Below the pieces are notes generated by a model, which ran no database searches, was not told the origin of the DNA, and saw only the letters and a program-made list of their open reading frames with translations. A DNA stretch of 64,000 nucleotides from a virus (taxonomy: Duplodnaviria; Caudoviricetes), in the IMG/VR virus record IMGVR_UViG_3300032007_000010; one strand, 5' to 3'. Positions within the stretch are counted from its first letter, which is position 1. Each line of letters begins with the position of its first letter. Below, one piece after another: positions 1 to 9,878 of this stretch. The position numbers and the translations under genes are program-made.

Positions 1-1
1 T

Positions 2-1222
2 GCCTTCAAGGCGGATAACATTGACATTGACCTGTATACGGGTCCACGCGACGATTATCAGAAGGCGGCGTTGACCTTCACCGCGTGCCAGGGTCAATAT
101 TCCAGCAACTCACGCTATACCCAGCTCATGCTGGAGCTGCAGGCTGGCTCGGGAAAGACCTTTCTGGCCATCGCAACCATCGCATTCTATCAGAAACGCT
201 GTGTGATATTTGTGCCCTTCACCAAGCTCCTCGATCAATGGAAGGATTCCTTCAAGGAATACACCAACATCAAGGACAAGGAGATTCTGGTGGTCAAGGG
301 CAGTGACATGTGCGAAAAGATTCGCCGTGGCAAATATGATGGTGTCAAGGTGTTCATCTTTTCCGTGGACACGGTCGCATCCTATCAAAAACGTTACGGT
401 GATCTGAAGACCATGGATATGCTCGAAAGAACCCATGCCTATGTCAAGGTCATAGATGAATGTCACAAGGATATGAAGACAATCTCCATGATAGAGGCGC
501 TGAGCAACTACAGGCTCAATCTATACCTATCAGCTTCACCGGGCCGAGCCGAGAAGAAGGAGGAGTGGATCTTCTCGACGGTGTTCAAGAACGTTCCAAA
601 GTTTGGCGAAAAGTTCCAGACACAGGAAGAGATGCACGTCAACATGATGGTCAAGAAATACTATTGGACACCGGATAGCTATGCGATACGCAGCATGGTG
701 AGCGCAAGAACCGGACTCAATACGAAGGCATACGAGACCGAGCTCATGAACGCCAAACCGAAATCCTTCGAGGATAGCATCGGTGTCATATGCGGATGGA
801 TGAAGAGCATCATAAAACCCGGCAAGAAGATCCTGTTCATGGCCCAGACCGTGGCGATGCTTGGGTATCTCCAAGAACTGATCGAACAGCACTTTCCCGG
901 AGAAACGGCCATCTACTATGGAGGCATGAAGCCGAAGGATAAGGAAACGGCCCTCGAGGCCAGGGTCATCATAGGCACCTCATCATCGTTGGGAACCGGA
1001 GCCGACATCAAGGGGTTGCAGTTTAACTGGAATGTTGGAACCTACGCAAACAAGATCGACGCAAACCAATTTTCCGGACGCACACGTGCCATGATCGATG
1101 CCGAAGTGGTCTATGGCGAATTTGTGAACTTTGGTTGGCTCAAGACCGCGCGGCAGTTCGAAAAACGAAAACCATTCCTGCTCAAGAAGGCCAAGAACGG
1201 GAAGATCATGTTCGTGAACTAG
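2..1222 (+). CDS. Superfamily 2 DEAD/DEAH-type helicase (UvsW-like), 5' end outside window
   Basis: Frame open from base 2 (…PRDDYQ Q-motif); Walker A AGSGKT, DECH, motif III SAS, motif VI QFSGRTR. Confidence 0.9.
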   Translation, partial: AFKADNIDIDLYTGPRDDYQKAALTFTACQGQYSSNSRYTQLMLELQAGSGKTFLAIATIAFYQKRCVIFVPFTKLLDQWKDSFKEYTNIKDKEILVVKGSDMCEKIRRGKYDGVKVFIFSVDTVASYQKRYGDLKTMDMLERTHAYVKVIDECHKDMKTISMIEALSNYRLNLYLSASPGRAEKKEEWIFSTVFKNVPKFGEKFQTQEEMHVNMMVKKYYWTPDSYAIRSMVSARTGLNTKAYETELMNAKPKSFEDSIGVICGWMKSIIKPGKKILFMAQTVAMLGYLQELIEQHFPGETAIYYGGMKPKDKETALEARVIIGTSSSLGTGADIKGLQFNWNVGTYANKIDANQFSGRTRAMIDAEVVYGEFVNFGWLKTARQFEKRKPFLLKKAKNGKIMFVN

Positions 1223-1231
1223 CGGACGAGA

Positions 1232-1243
1232 TATATACTATAG
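1232..1243 (+). promoter_or_regulatory. Class I (early-like) phage promoter motif TATATACTATAG
   Basis: Recurrent intergenic motif, upstream of AAGGAGG RBS of 1266 gene. Confidence 0.7.
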
Positions 1244-1265
1244 CATCGGAAAGGAGGGCTGTCCA

Positions 1266-1520
1266 ATGAATACCACCATTGTGACAGGATATCTCATGGT
1301 CATCGTTCTGCTGCTTGTCTGTCTCATCTTGAGCTTTGGCATCTTGATCAAGGTTGGGGATAAGCTCAGAAAAATGGAGAATGAGGTGTCCGCGATCACA
1401 TCGACGGACCTATTGGATCCCATACCAAAGAGAATCGAAGAAGGTTCAGAAACCGAAGCAATGACGGAAGAGACAACACAGGAGTCCGACAGAGATGAGA
1501 CTACTGGCAACGCTCCTTGA
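1266..1520 (+). CDS. Small membrane protein (N-terminal TM helix, acidic tail)
   Basis: Strong RBS; hydrophobic residues 5-27. Confidence 0.75.
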   Translation: MNTTIVTGYLMVIVLLLVCLILSFGILIKVGDKLRKMENEVSAITSTDLLDPIPKRIEEGSETEAMTEETTQESDRDETTGNAP

Positions 1521-1530
1521 GGGAAGGGGC

Positions 1531-2211
1531 ATGGAATGGAGAATCAAGGTAAACCCAAAGGGTGTGCTGGAAGATTCTCCGAACCGGAGAGTGATCGAGT
1601 TCTGGTCTCCGGAAAATGAACCACAGAATCGCATGTTGCTCTATAATCCAAAGATCGCACTCTGCGGAAGACCGAGCAACCGATTCGAGCGTCAGACTGC
1701 GGAAGAGCTCTACATACCGGTCAACAGGATATACCTGTTTGCCAACAAGCTCACGAATGTCTACCGCGGCTTGAGCGATGACAAACTGAAGATACGCAGC
1801 GAGGAGGGAAAGCTCTACATGGATGGCAATGCCATGGTTGAGAATGCCCAGAAGCTGAATCTCTTCGGCAAATCGGTGATCATCGCACCAACCATTGTCC
1901 GCTATGCCAACGAGGAACTTCTGGGCGTTCAGTTCACCCAGGGAGGAAGCTACTGTGGCATGGTGGATCACTACGAGGCCCGAGAACTCTGCGAGGTGCT
2001 CGGGCACACGGATCTGCAGGTATACGCCATGATGCTTGCCATGGCCGAGAAACTCGATGATATGGATCACAAACTTGATCGGCTCATCGGAGGCCAGGCG
2101 GAACTCATGCGCATGCTCAACGATGCCCTCGGCGGTCCGAAGAAGACTGTCCCGGAACAGAAGAACCCGGACAATCAGAATGGTCTCGACTGGAAAAGAT
2201 TGGAGGTGTAA
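1531..2211 (+). CDS. Hypothetical protein (start moved to ATG 1531)
   Basis: GAGGGAAGGGG upstream of ATG 1531; operon context. Confidence 0.75.
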   Translation: MEWRIKVNPKGVLEDSPNRRVIEFWSPENEPQNRMLLYNPKIALCGRPSNRFERQTAEELYIPVNRIYLFANKLTNVYRGLSDDKLKIRSEEGKLYMDGNAMVENAQKLNLFGKSVIIAPTIVRYANEELLGVQFTQGGSYCGMVDHYEARELCEVLGHTDLQVYAMMLAMAEKLDDMDHKLDRLIGGQAELMRMLNDALGGPKKTVPEQKNPDNQNGLDWKRLEV

Positions 2212-2217
2212 GAGTCA

Positions 2218-3054
2218 TTGACCGATAATTCTAGGAAGTCCCTCGATCTGGAGGTTTTGCTCGTGGACAACACCATGTACCACGTGGAAGACTTCGATGC
2301 CAACCGAGCAGAAAACGAGGGTCCAAACTATCTCAAGAAAAATGGCGCATATCGGCTGAATGGGCAATTTTTCAACGGCATATATCCCTATCGGGGAGAG
2401 ATCATGAAGGGTGATCCCTGGGGAACCGCCTACCCCTTTGGCATCTATCTGAAAAAATCACAGAAGAATCCCGGCAAATGGATCGTTAAAATCTCGCCGA
2501 TGCGCAACGACACGGATCGGAAAAACTACGCACTCGGGTCGGAGCGCAATCTTGCGGCTGCGGTGCTGGGCAATGATATTCCCGCCGATCAGTTCATCAT
2601 GACCGAGGTTACCGCCACGGATGGCGAATGCTTCAATCCGCCCATCAGACCCGGAGATGATCCACTCAACATGCTTGTCAAGGTTGGAATCCGTGAGCAT
2701 CATGCACCCTTTGAGCCCTACGGCCAGCGCATCGAACGCATCGCCACGGATAACTCGAAGAACACGGATGGAACCAACGCCAAGAACAACACCAGACGCG
2801 GCATCATGACCAACACGGCCATGAGCCCGTCCAAGGCTGTGCTCATATGCAATGCCTGGCAGATGAAGCTCGGGATTCTGATCATGGATAAGGAAAATTC
2901 GACGCATCCCATGCGCAAGGATGGCAAGGGGTATGTGATATTTCCGAATAGTCTACCATTCGAAATCAACTCTGAGAATCTGATCGACATCACACCGATC
3001 GTGAATGAAGCGTTCCATGAAAACGACCAGCAAAAGGAGGAGGATGAAGAATGA
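2218..3054 (+). CDS. Hypothetical protein, possible C-terminal HTH-like segment
   Basis: GGAGGT RBS, TTG start, 278 aa; HTH guess is weak. Confidence 0.7.
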   Translation: MTDNSRKSLDLEVLLVDNTMYHVEDFDANRAENEGPNYLKKNGAYRLNGQFFNGIYPYRGEIMKGDPWGTAYPFGIYLKKSQKNPGKWIVKISPMRNDTDRKNYALGSERNLAAAVLGNDIPADQFIMTEVTATDGECFNPPIRPGDDPLNMLVKVGIREHHAPFEPYGQRIERIATDNSKNTDGTNAKNNTRRGIMTNTAMSPSKAVLICNAWQMKLGILIMDKENSTHPMRKDGKGYVIFPNSLPFEINSENLIDITPIVNEAFHENDQQKEEDEE

Positions 3055-3650
3055 ACCAGGCGGTTGCGCTCATCACCACATTGGCAGTGTTCTGCGTGTT
3101 GCTCGTCGGATTGGTGGTGTACCTGGTGCACATGCTGGTAAAGTCCTACCATATCTACAACAAAACGCATCTGATGCTGCGAACTCAACGGCACAAGATC
3201 TCGGCTCAGCAGGATGATATCATGCTGCGAGATAATGCTCTCAAGGCATTGCTCATGATATTCATCGAGCTCCTCTACGGTGATCCCGCAGAACGCGAGA
3301 GGAGAAGCAGTTTGCTCCGATCGGATCTCAGTCTGCTGGAGATCAAGGCCAACGCTGACAGAGATTTGACTCCGAAGGATATCTGTGAGCTAATGATACT
3401 TGCCGAAGATGACGACATGGATCGAACGCTGGATATCATGCACAGCTTCTTCGAAAGACATCTCTCCATGGATGCCGATCTGCGCGAACACATGAGCGAT
3501 GATGATCGTCTCGCGTTTAGGGAGCTCGTCGAGATCATCGATGTTGCTAAGAAATCTCGCGACGAACTGCGTACTTCGGTGGAGTTTGACCGCGTGCTCA
3601 TCAACGATCTCATGACACTCTCAGAGCCGACACCGGAGGAAATAGCGTGA
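3051..3650 (+). CDS. Membrane-anchored hypothetical protein
   Basis: AGGAGG RBS, ATGA overlap, N-terminal TM helix. Confidence 0.8.
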   Translation: MNQAVALITTLAVFCVLLVGLVVYLVHMLVKSYHIYNKTHLMLRTQRHKISAQQDDIMLRDNALKALLMIFIELLYGDPAERERRSSLLRSDLSLLEIKANADRDLTPKDICELMILAEDDDMDRTLDIMHSFFERHLSMDADLREHMSDDDRLAFRELVEIIDVAKKSRDELRTSVEFDRVLINDLMTLSEPTPEEIA

Positions 3651-3652
3651 GC

Positions 3653-3684
3653 AAAAGAAGAGCCCGTCGGCGGCTCTTCTTTTT
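3653..3684 (+). terminator. Intrinsic terminator
   Basis: AAAAGAAGAGCC-cgtcggc-GGCTCTTCTTTTT. Confidence 0.85.
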
Positions 3685-3743
3685 GTAACATTCTGGATAC
3701 ATGTGTATATGTTATGATACGTCTCACGGAAGGATAATGATGT

Positions 3744-6509
3744 ATGTATAGGCTAAAATCCATGAGCGCGACGAATGTGACAGGATTCATGAGTGGTCTT
3801 GGTCGCAAGACCTTTCGAATCGACTTCAGCGAGGCATTGGAGGCGGGAAAAAGCATCTTCCTCGCCTGTGGTGCAAATGCCAGCGGAAAGTCAACCTTTC
3901 TGTCGCTGATTCATCCAACCCATATCCCATCCGATGGGAGAACCAAGTTCATCGTTCCTGGCAAAGAGGGTTCTCTGATTCGCGAATATATTGGCGATGA
4001 TGGAACCATTCTGCTCTCAAAGTGCATAGCAACGCCGAAGGAGGACACGCATCTCTGGAAATGCTATCTCAGCATACGAAAGCCGGGAGACACAGAGGCC
4101 ATTGAACTCAATCCGAACGGGAATGTTACTTCCTACTATGCTCTCCTGGACACATACTTTGGCATCACCAAGGACTTCGTCAACTTCGCATCCTACAACG
4201 ATGCGGTCGAGGGAATGGTGACGATGACGGACATGGAACGCAAGCAGAGTGTCGCAAATTTGGTACCAAACACCGAACGCTTCGAGGTCGCCTATGGTAT
4301 CATAAACGAGCGCCACAAGGAACTTCGTAATCTCATGCGCAATGTGTCGCAGAAGATCATGAACATCAGAGATGCGGATTCGCTGGATGCGGATCTGAGT
4401 CGAGTGAACGCACAGCTCACCAAGGCCCACGAACGCCAGGACGAGCTCAACGAAAAGATCGGTCGTGCCGATGGTCGCATCCGTGAGCTGTCCGGTGGAA
4501 AAGATATCAAGGCCATGGCACAGGCGTACAACGACATGGTCATGGGCATCGCCAACATGGACAGCGAGCTCGGAAGCATGCGCAATCGTCTCCTCCATAT
4601 CTATGCCCAGCTCGGACTGGAGCTGGATGAGAAGACTCCGGTTTCCTTTGTCGGAGAAGACAAGCTGAACGCGCAAATAAGCAGACTCGAGCGCAAGCTT
4701 GCATCGGTTGAAACAACCATCCGCATCAGCTCCGAACGTCGCGAAAAGATTCTGGCCGACATCTCGAAGACCGAAAAGGAGATCGCAGAGTCGGAGAGCG
4801 TTCTATTCGGACTGCAGACACAGGATGTGGCAGAGCTCGAGAAAACTCGCGATGAATACAAGAAGCAGCTCAGGGAGATGCGCTATACCGGCAATGAAAA
4901 GAAGTACGAGGGCATGAGCTATTCAGAATGCATTCGCATGAGTGAGCTCTGTTCGTCGATGATCCAGCTCATCGAGGCGCTCTACGAAGAACATGGAGAA
5001 CTCATAACAGAATACTTCCGAAACATTCACAACCTCGACGAATTCAGAAACGGTTGTCAGCACAACGTCGATATGCTAAGCGTTGAGCTCGAATCGCGTT
5101 CGGCCAAGCGCGACAGCCTCTACCGACAGATCATCGAGAAAGAGCAATACTCGAAGTTCCAGGATATTCTCACGCAACGCCCGCGCAACTGCACGATCGA
5201 CAACTGCCCATTCATCGCCAACGCTCTCAAATGGTCCCACGTGGCCGGAGAGCTGAAGGATCTCCAGGCCCAGTATGACAAGCTCAACGTGGAGATCGAA
5301 CAGGCCAGCGCATCCCAGGACAGCTACCGAAGACAGCTCATGATGGATGAGCATCTCGCACCGTTCATGACACTGCTGCGCAGCTCAGAGGATGGTCTTC
5401 GCAGATATCTTGGCCTGGGTCTGGATGATGTGTACCATGCGATCGTGACCGGTTCTTGGCTGACCGTATTGGATATCATGAAGCTAAAGAGCCTCGCGGC
5501 GATACTGTCGGAGAAGGATTATCACGATAGAATCGTCAATAACCTGCTCCCGGACATCGAGCATGCGATCGAGATGGCCAAGGTATATGGAACCAATCGA
5601 GCGATTCTCGAGTCTCAGATATCGAAGCTTGTGGAAACCAGAGATCTCATGATGTCCGAGCTCGACGAGTCGACGATCAGTCAGACCGCATCCTCCCGCA
5701 TGCGGAGCATATACGCGTTGCAGCTCGAACGCTATCGCGAGATTCGTTCGTTGTTGGATGACTATAACGAACTCGCCAGGAAGCGCATCGAAACCTTCAA
5801 CGATGCCAAATCCAAAGAATCAAACATCACACGCATCACCGAGCTGGTGAAGAAGGCAAACTCCATGAACGAAGAGCTCCGCGAGGTGCATAACAGCATC
5901 GAGGAGCTCGAACCTTTGAAGGATCAGCTCGAGTTTGATATGAAGGAGCTCATCAAGCTCAAGGGTGAAAAAGAACAGATCGACGAAGATTTTCTCGTCG
6001 TTGATATCATGCGTTCCATCGTGCAGCCGGGAAAGGGTATCCGCAAGGAACTGCTGAACATGTACTTCTACGACATATACCAGACCGCCAACGAGCTGCT
6101 CATGAATACCTTCGACGGCAAGCTGAGACTCCATGAATTCATCATCACCGACAAGGAGTTCACCATTCCCTTCGAATATGCTGGAGAAACTGGTTCTGAT
6201 ATATCGTTCGCGTCGAGTTCACAGCGTGCGACCATCGCAATCGCCATATCCATGGCCATCATCAGCAAGCTGATCGATCGCTATTCGATCCTAACCTTCG
6301 ACGAATCTGATCAGACCATGAGTCCGGCCAACAAGGCGGTCTTCATCGACATTCTCACCAAACAGATGAGACAACTTGGGGTTGCACAGACCTTCATGAT
6401 ATCGCATTCACCAGAGTTCTACAGCTCCATAGACAATGTGCAGTTTATCGGGTTTCCAGGCTATGAGGATTTCATCAACACCAAAGAAAACGATGTGATC
6501 GAAATATGA
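3744..6509 (+). CDS. sbcC: SbcC/Rad50-like SMC-family ATPase
   Basis: Walker A GANASGKST, long coiled coils, central CTIDNCPF hook, ASSSQ signature, Walker B LTFDESD, H-loop ISHS. Confidence 0.9.
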   Translation: MYRLKSMSATNVTGFMSGLGRKTFRIDFSEALEAGKSIFLACGANASGKSTFLSLIHPTHIPSDGRTKFIVPGKEGSLIREYIGDDGTILLSKCIATPKEDTHLWKCYLSIRKPGDTEAIELNPNGNVTSYYALLDTYFGITKDFVNFASYNDAVEGMVTMTDMERKQSVANLVPNTERFEVAYGIINERHKELRNLMRNVSQKIMNIRDADSLDADLSRVNAQLTKAHERQDELNEKIGRADGRIRELSGGKDIKAMAQAYNDMVMGIANMDSELGSMRNRLLHIYAQLGLELDEKTPVSFVGEDKLNAQISRLERKLASVETTIRISSERREKILADISKTEKEIAESESVLFGLQTQDVAELEKTRDEYKKQLREMRYTGNEKKYEGMSYSECIRMSELCSSMIQLIEALYEEHGELITEYFRNIHNLDEFRNGCQHNVDMLSVELESRSAKRDSLYRQIIEKEQYSKFQDILTQRPRNCTIDNCPFIANALKWSHVAGELKDLQAQYDKLNVEIEQASASQDSYRRQLMMDEHLAPFMTLLRSSEDGLRRYLGLGLDDVYHAIVTGSWLTVLDIMKLKSLAAILSEKDYHDRIVNNLLPDIEHAIEMAKVYGTNRAILESQISKLVETRDLMMSELDESTISQTASSRMRSIYALQLERYREIRSLLDDYNELARKRIETFNDAKSKESNITRITELVKKANSMNEELREVHNSIEELEPLKDQLEFDMKELIKLKGEKEQIDEDFLVVDIMRSIVQPGKGIRKELLNMYFYDIYQTANELLMNTFDGKLRLHEFIITDKEFTIPFEYAGETGSDISFASSSQRATIAIAISMAIISKLIDRYSILTFDESDQTMSPANKAVFIDILTKQMRQLGVAQTFMISHSPEFYSSIDNVQFIGFPGYEDFINTKENDVIEI

Positions 6510-6524
6510 TAGGGAGGTCATGAC

Positions 6525-6881
6525 ATGTCGAAGATGCACGAGGGTGCGCTCATCTCCACAATCTTCTCCATCTTCTTGGAAAGAAAGGATCGCGCAACTG
6601 TGATATTCACCGATGACGAAGAGGACAAACTCGAGGCACGGGTATATTCGATCGACAGAGTGGATGGTTCCGACGAGAAACTCTACCAGATCGATTTTGC
6701 GATCATCCTAGAGACCGTCAATAAGCATATCGATCCGGTACGCGAGACCATTTCCACCAACTACACGATCAGCGATTTGGTTGCGTTCTGCTACGGGTTG
6801 ACAGCCAGACTAAATGTGTTGGTGAAGCTGAGCCTGAAGGATGGCATCGATGTACCCTGGCCCGAGAAACAGAGTGGATGA
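6525..6881 (+). CDS. Hypothetical protein
   Basis: GGGAGGT RBS, 118 aa. Confidence 0.75.
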   Translation: MSKMHEGALISTIFSIFLERKDRATVIFTDDEEDKLEARVYSIDRVDGSDEKLYQIDFAIILETVNKHIDPVRETISTNYTISDLVAFCYGLTARLNVLVKLSLKDGIDVPWPEKQSG

Positions 6882-6903
6882 TGTGAAACAATACTCCTCG
6901 AGC

Positions 6904-6915
6904 TATATATTATAG
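6904..6915 (+). promoter_or_regulatory. Class I (early-like) promoter TATATATTATAG upstream of RNAP beta'
   Basis: GAGCTATATATTATAGCAA is nearly identical to GAGCTATATATCATAGCAA at 43283. Confidence 0.75.
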
Positions 6916-7023
6916 CAACGAATCGAATGAAAGGAGCATTGCAGCAAATGAAAAAGACAACGAACAGACGGCGGAAACGCTCATTCCCGCCATCGATCAA
7001 TTCAGACAAAGGAGAGGATCCCA

Positions 7024-8283
7024 ATGCCGGCTAAAACCAGGACACCCGGAAGGCTCAACATCATCAACCGAGATTCGTATCCATTGTTTCAGAAATCACC
7101 GGTGTTGGAGTATCCGGTGAAACATCGAATCAAGTCGGTGCACGTGGATCCCATTGACCATGACGCCGAGTATAAGAAACTTAAGGACATGGGGCGCAAG
7201 GTTGACATTCGCACGGCCGACATCTTCGTCAACGGCAATCAGAAACCGGACGACGGCATCTTTAGCCCCTACTTTGGCTCTGACACAACGCAGGATCGGC
7301 CGATCTATTCCTGCGAATGCCAGCGACTCAGCGGTGCCGCACACATCGGTGAGGTCTGCAAGCACTGCGGCAAGAAGGTTGTGCCCGTGATCGACGGAGA
7401 CCTTCGCAACCGAATGTACATTGACATTGCTCCGTATCACATACTCACCTATCATGGGTGGAACGCCATGTGCAAGGCGCTCAAACCAAAGGTCATGCAG
7501 GATATCATAACCTCGGTGAAGCGCATCTGCGTGAGCGGAGAAATCGTGGACGATGGCAAACCGACCATAATGAGTCTCTACGAAGACTATGAGGAGAAGT
7601 ATGAACCTCTGACCAAACTTCCCAAGAAGTATGCCTTCATGAGCAAGATTCCGGTCTACTCGGCAAGACTTCGTCCGCTCATGGTTTTTGGTGTGTCCAT
7701 GACCATGCTCGAATCCAACAAGCGGTATCTGTCCATCGAGAAGAATCGCGAGGCGATGGCGACGGCCCCAATCTTCATGACAAGCCGCAAGACCGAGATC
7801 CAGCGTTCGCTGAACCAGATTCAGCAGGACTGGAATGCGATCATGGAGCAGGTCGAAAACCAGGTCGATCATAAAGCAGGCGTCTATCGCAAGTCCCTCG
7901 CCTCGGGAAGAATTGACTATACCTCCCGCATGGTCATCTCTCTCGGCATTGATCTGATGCCCCACGAGGTGGATATCCCATACCAAACCATGATGGTTCT
8001 CTACGAAGAGAAGATCGCAAACTATCTCTCCAAATCCGAAAACATCCCGATCTCCAAAGCCATTGCGCTGGTCCAGGAGAACGCGATGGAACGCAATGAG
8101 AAGTTTGTCAACATAATCAACCAGATGCTCAAGTCCAAGGAGGGGGTTTGGGCACTGATCAACCGCAATCCGACCATCTCCGAATCGTCCATCCTCCTGG
8201 TGAGGGTGAGAAAAGTCCACAAGGATGGCACAGATTGGACCATGCATCTGCCTCCGGATATTCTCAGCCTCCTGGCCGCGGAT
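7024..8283 (+). CDS. rpoC: Phage multisubunit RNAP beta' N-terminal/middle subunit, exon 1 (probably non-virion RNAP)
   Basis: Zn site CEC…CKHC, SGRIDYTSRMVI (cf. GKRVDYSGRSVI), INRNPTI (cf. LNRAPTL), ends LLAAD at the splice site; spliced product 555 aa. Confidence 0.9.
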
Positions 8284-8642
8284 GATCACCAAACGAAAGT
8301 CCGCCTTGCAGGGTAACCTGCTTGAACAAAATCTGTGAACGCCTAACAAGCGGTGTCAGTGTCGGCTGGCTAACGGTAGAAGAAGAATAAGGTCGGGCAC
8401 AGGCTTAGGCCACCTGTGCTATACCAAACGACACGAAGGATCTTCGTAAGAGACTTTGAAACCAGGGACCCGAAGGCCCCTGGTCAGAATAAGAATACCG
8501 TGCTTGAACCCAGTACCGGAAGGGCTGGTAGTAGAGTGTAGAGACTATCGAAAGATTAGGACTTGGTGGAAGCCAGGCACCGAAGTGCAGATCTCCTGAG
8601 TGTAACGGAACCCAGGATGAAGAGATAGTCCAACCAATATCT

Positions 8643-9338
8643 TTATAACTCTAGCTCCTTAGCAAATTCATCGACAGCTGCAAGCGCATGTTTATATTGC
8701 TGATATTTATTTTGAGCGTCGAGATCATTGCCTCCATTATTCTTAGGGACATTACGCTTGGCATCTATATATTCAGCAAACGTATGACGACGTTCGGTAT
8801 TCGCATAGAATATGAAGTAACGATTCTTAAAAAGTTTTCCTCGTTGACATGCATCTGGAACGTTCTCGCGTTTTCCACCAATAAACTCGTGCACATTGGA
8901 TGTTCCTTTAAGATATAGCATGATAGAATCATCTTCGGTATCATATACGAATAACGCTTTAGGCTTTCGATTGAACGCTTTGCGATGTTTGCTAGCTCCA
9001 GTCTCACCACCCATGGTCGAGTTATATCCATACTCAGGGAGAATAGATCGATATTTCATGATCAACTCAACTTCTTTAAGCGATCTAAGATCAGGATCTT
9101 GCATGTAGATGGAGGCGTCTTCAACCTTAAATTCAAAGTTGTCCCATCCATACTTTACAATATCCTGAATAATTAGACTGCTTACGGCCGGGTCTCTCGA
9201 TCCTTCGGAATAACGCTTGACTGCAGAGATGTATTGCTTGAATCTGTTGGTCAGATTTTTCGTGGAACCGATGTAGATCTTCCCGTTAATCTTATTGGTG
9301 ATACTGTAGACGGCTGGAGTTTTCTCGGCTAATGACAT
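8643..9338 (-). CDS. GIY-YIG homing endonuclease, antisense within the intron
   Basis: AVYSITNKINGKIYIGST, conserved R, E and GYN; AT-richer than flanks; AGAGAGG RBS. Confidence 0.9.
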   Translation of the reverse strand: MSLAEKTPAVYSITNKINGKIYIGSTKNLTNRFKQYISAVKRYSEGSRDPAVSSLIIQDIVKYGWDNFEFKVEDASIYMQDPDLRSLKEVELIMKYRSILPEYGYNSTMGGETGASKHRKAFNRKPKALFVYDTEDDSIMLYLKGTSNVHEFIGGKRENVPDACQRGKLFKNRYFIFYANTERRHTFAEYIDAKRNVPKNNGGNDLDAQNKYQQYKHALAAVDEFAKELEL

Positions 9339-9365
9339 AATAAGCTAACCTCTCTTTCTATGTAA

Positions 9366-9377
9366 TATACAGATGTT
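9366..9377 (-). promoter_or_regulatory. Class II (late-like) promoter AACA-TCTG-TATA for the intron endonuclease
   Basis: Matches recurrent AACA-N4-TATA motif, just upstream of the RBS. Confidence 0.7.
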
Positions 9378-9409
9378 ATGCTCATTCATTTGTTACTAGC
9401 TGCGGGTTG

Positions 9410-9817
9410 TTCGATGGTGATCAACTCAGCTTCATAGCAGTACCGGACCCGACGTTTGTCAAATTGTTTATGCCAATGTGTCCGACATACACATTCATCG
9501 ACAGGGCGAACGGAAGGTTCAATGAAAACATGACCTTCAAGCGCGAATATGCAGCGCTCATCAGCGCAGCCTGGGAGATTGATCGTGCCTACGACGCATA
9601 TCTCAGGGACTTCGACCCGACTCCCGGTGAACCCAACCCACTCCAGAAGATCGGACTCTATCGTGAGGACGACGAGAACGGTCTCGAGAAGCGAGCAGAG
9701 CTCATCAAGAAGCTCGTACGTGCGGACAAGGGCAACGCCTTCCGGAAACGCATCCTCGGTGACTTCAAGGAGGACGCCGATGATAGCGAGATTTTGGACA
9801 TCGCACGGAGCCTGTGA
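9410..9817 (+). CDS. rpoC: RNAP beta' subunit, exon 2 (begins FDGDQ)
   Basis: Completes the catalytic DFDGD motif in frame after splicing. Confidence 0.9.
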   Translation, partial: FDGDQLSFIAVPDPTFVKLFMPMCPTYTFIDRANGRFNENMTFKREYAALISAAWEIDRAYDAYLRDFDPTPGEPNPLQKIGLYREDDENGLEKRAELIKKLVRADKGNAFRKRILGDFKEDADDSEILDIARSL

Positions 9818-9825
9818 CGCAGACA

Positions 9826-9851
9826 ACCCCGGGGAGTAACATCCCCGGGGT
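9826..9851 (+). terminator. GC-rich hairpin after beta' gene
   Basis: ACCCCGGGGA-gtaaca-TCCCCGGGGT; weak U tract. Confidence 0.6.
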
Positions 9852-9878
9852 AATCATTCCAGAAATGAGGTAGTTACA

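Larger units (their letters stand above)
8284..9409 (+). mobile_element. Group I self-splicing intron (IA-like), 1126 nt, with homing endonuclease
   Basis: Exon ends in U and intron ends in G; removal restores AAD|FDGD; P1 GCGGAU/GUCCGC with U.G pair; P10 GAUCACCA pairs 3' exon UGGUGAUC; P3 AUCUGU/GCAGAU; P7 GACUAUC/GAUAGUC; P9.0 AACC/GGUU. Confidence 0.93.

Noticed and set aside
8284-8316. C-terminal DHQTKVRLAG of the 430-aa ORF; frameshift, intein or pseudogene explanations
   Set aside because: Read-through into intron sequence; group I core elements explain the break
9407-9817. Independent 136-aa gene starting at TTG 9407
   Set aside because: TTG is the last three intron bases; this is exon 2 of beta'
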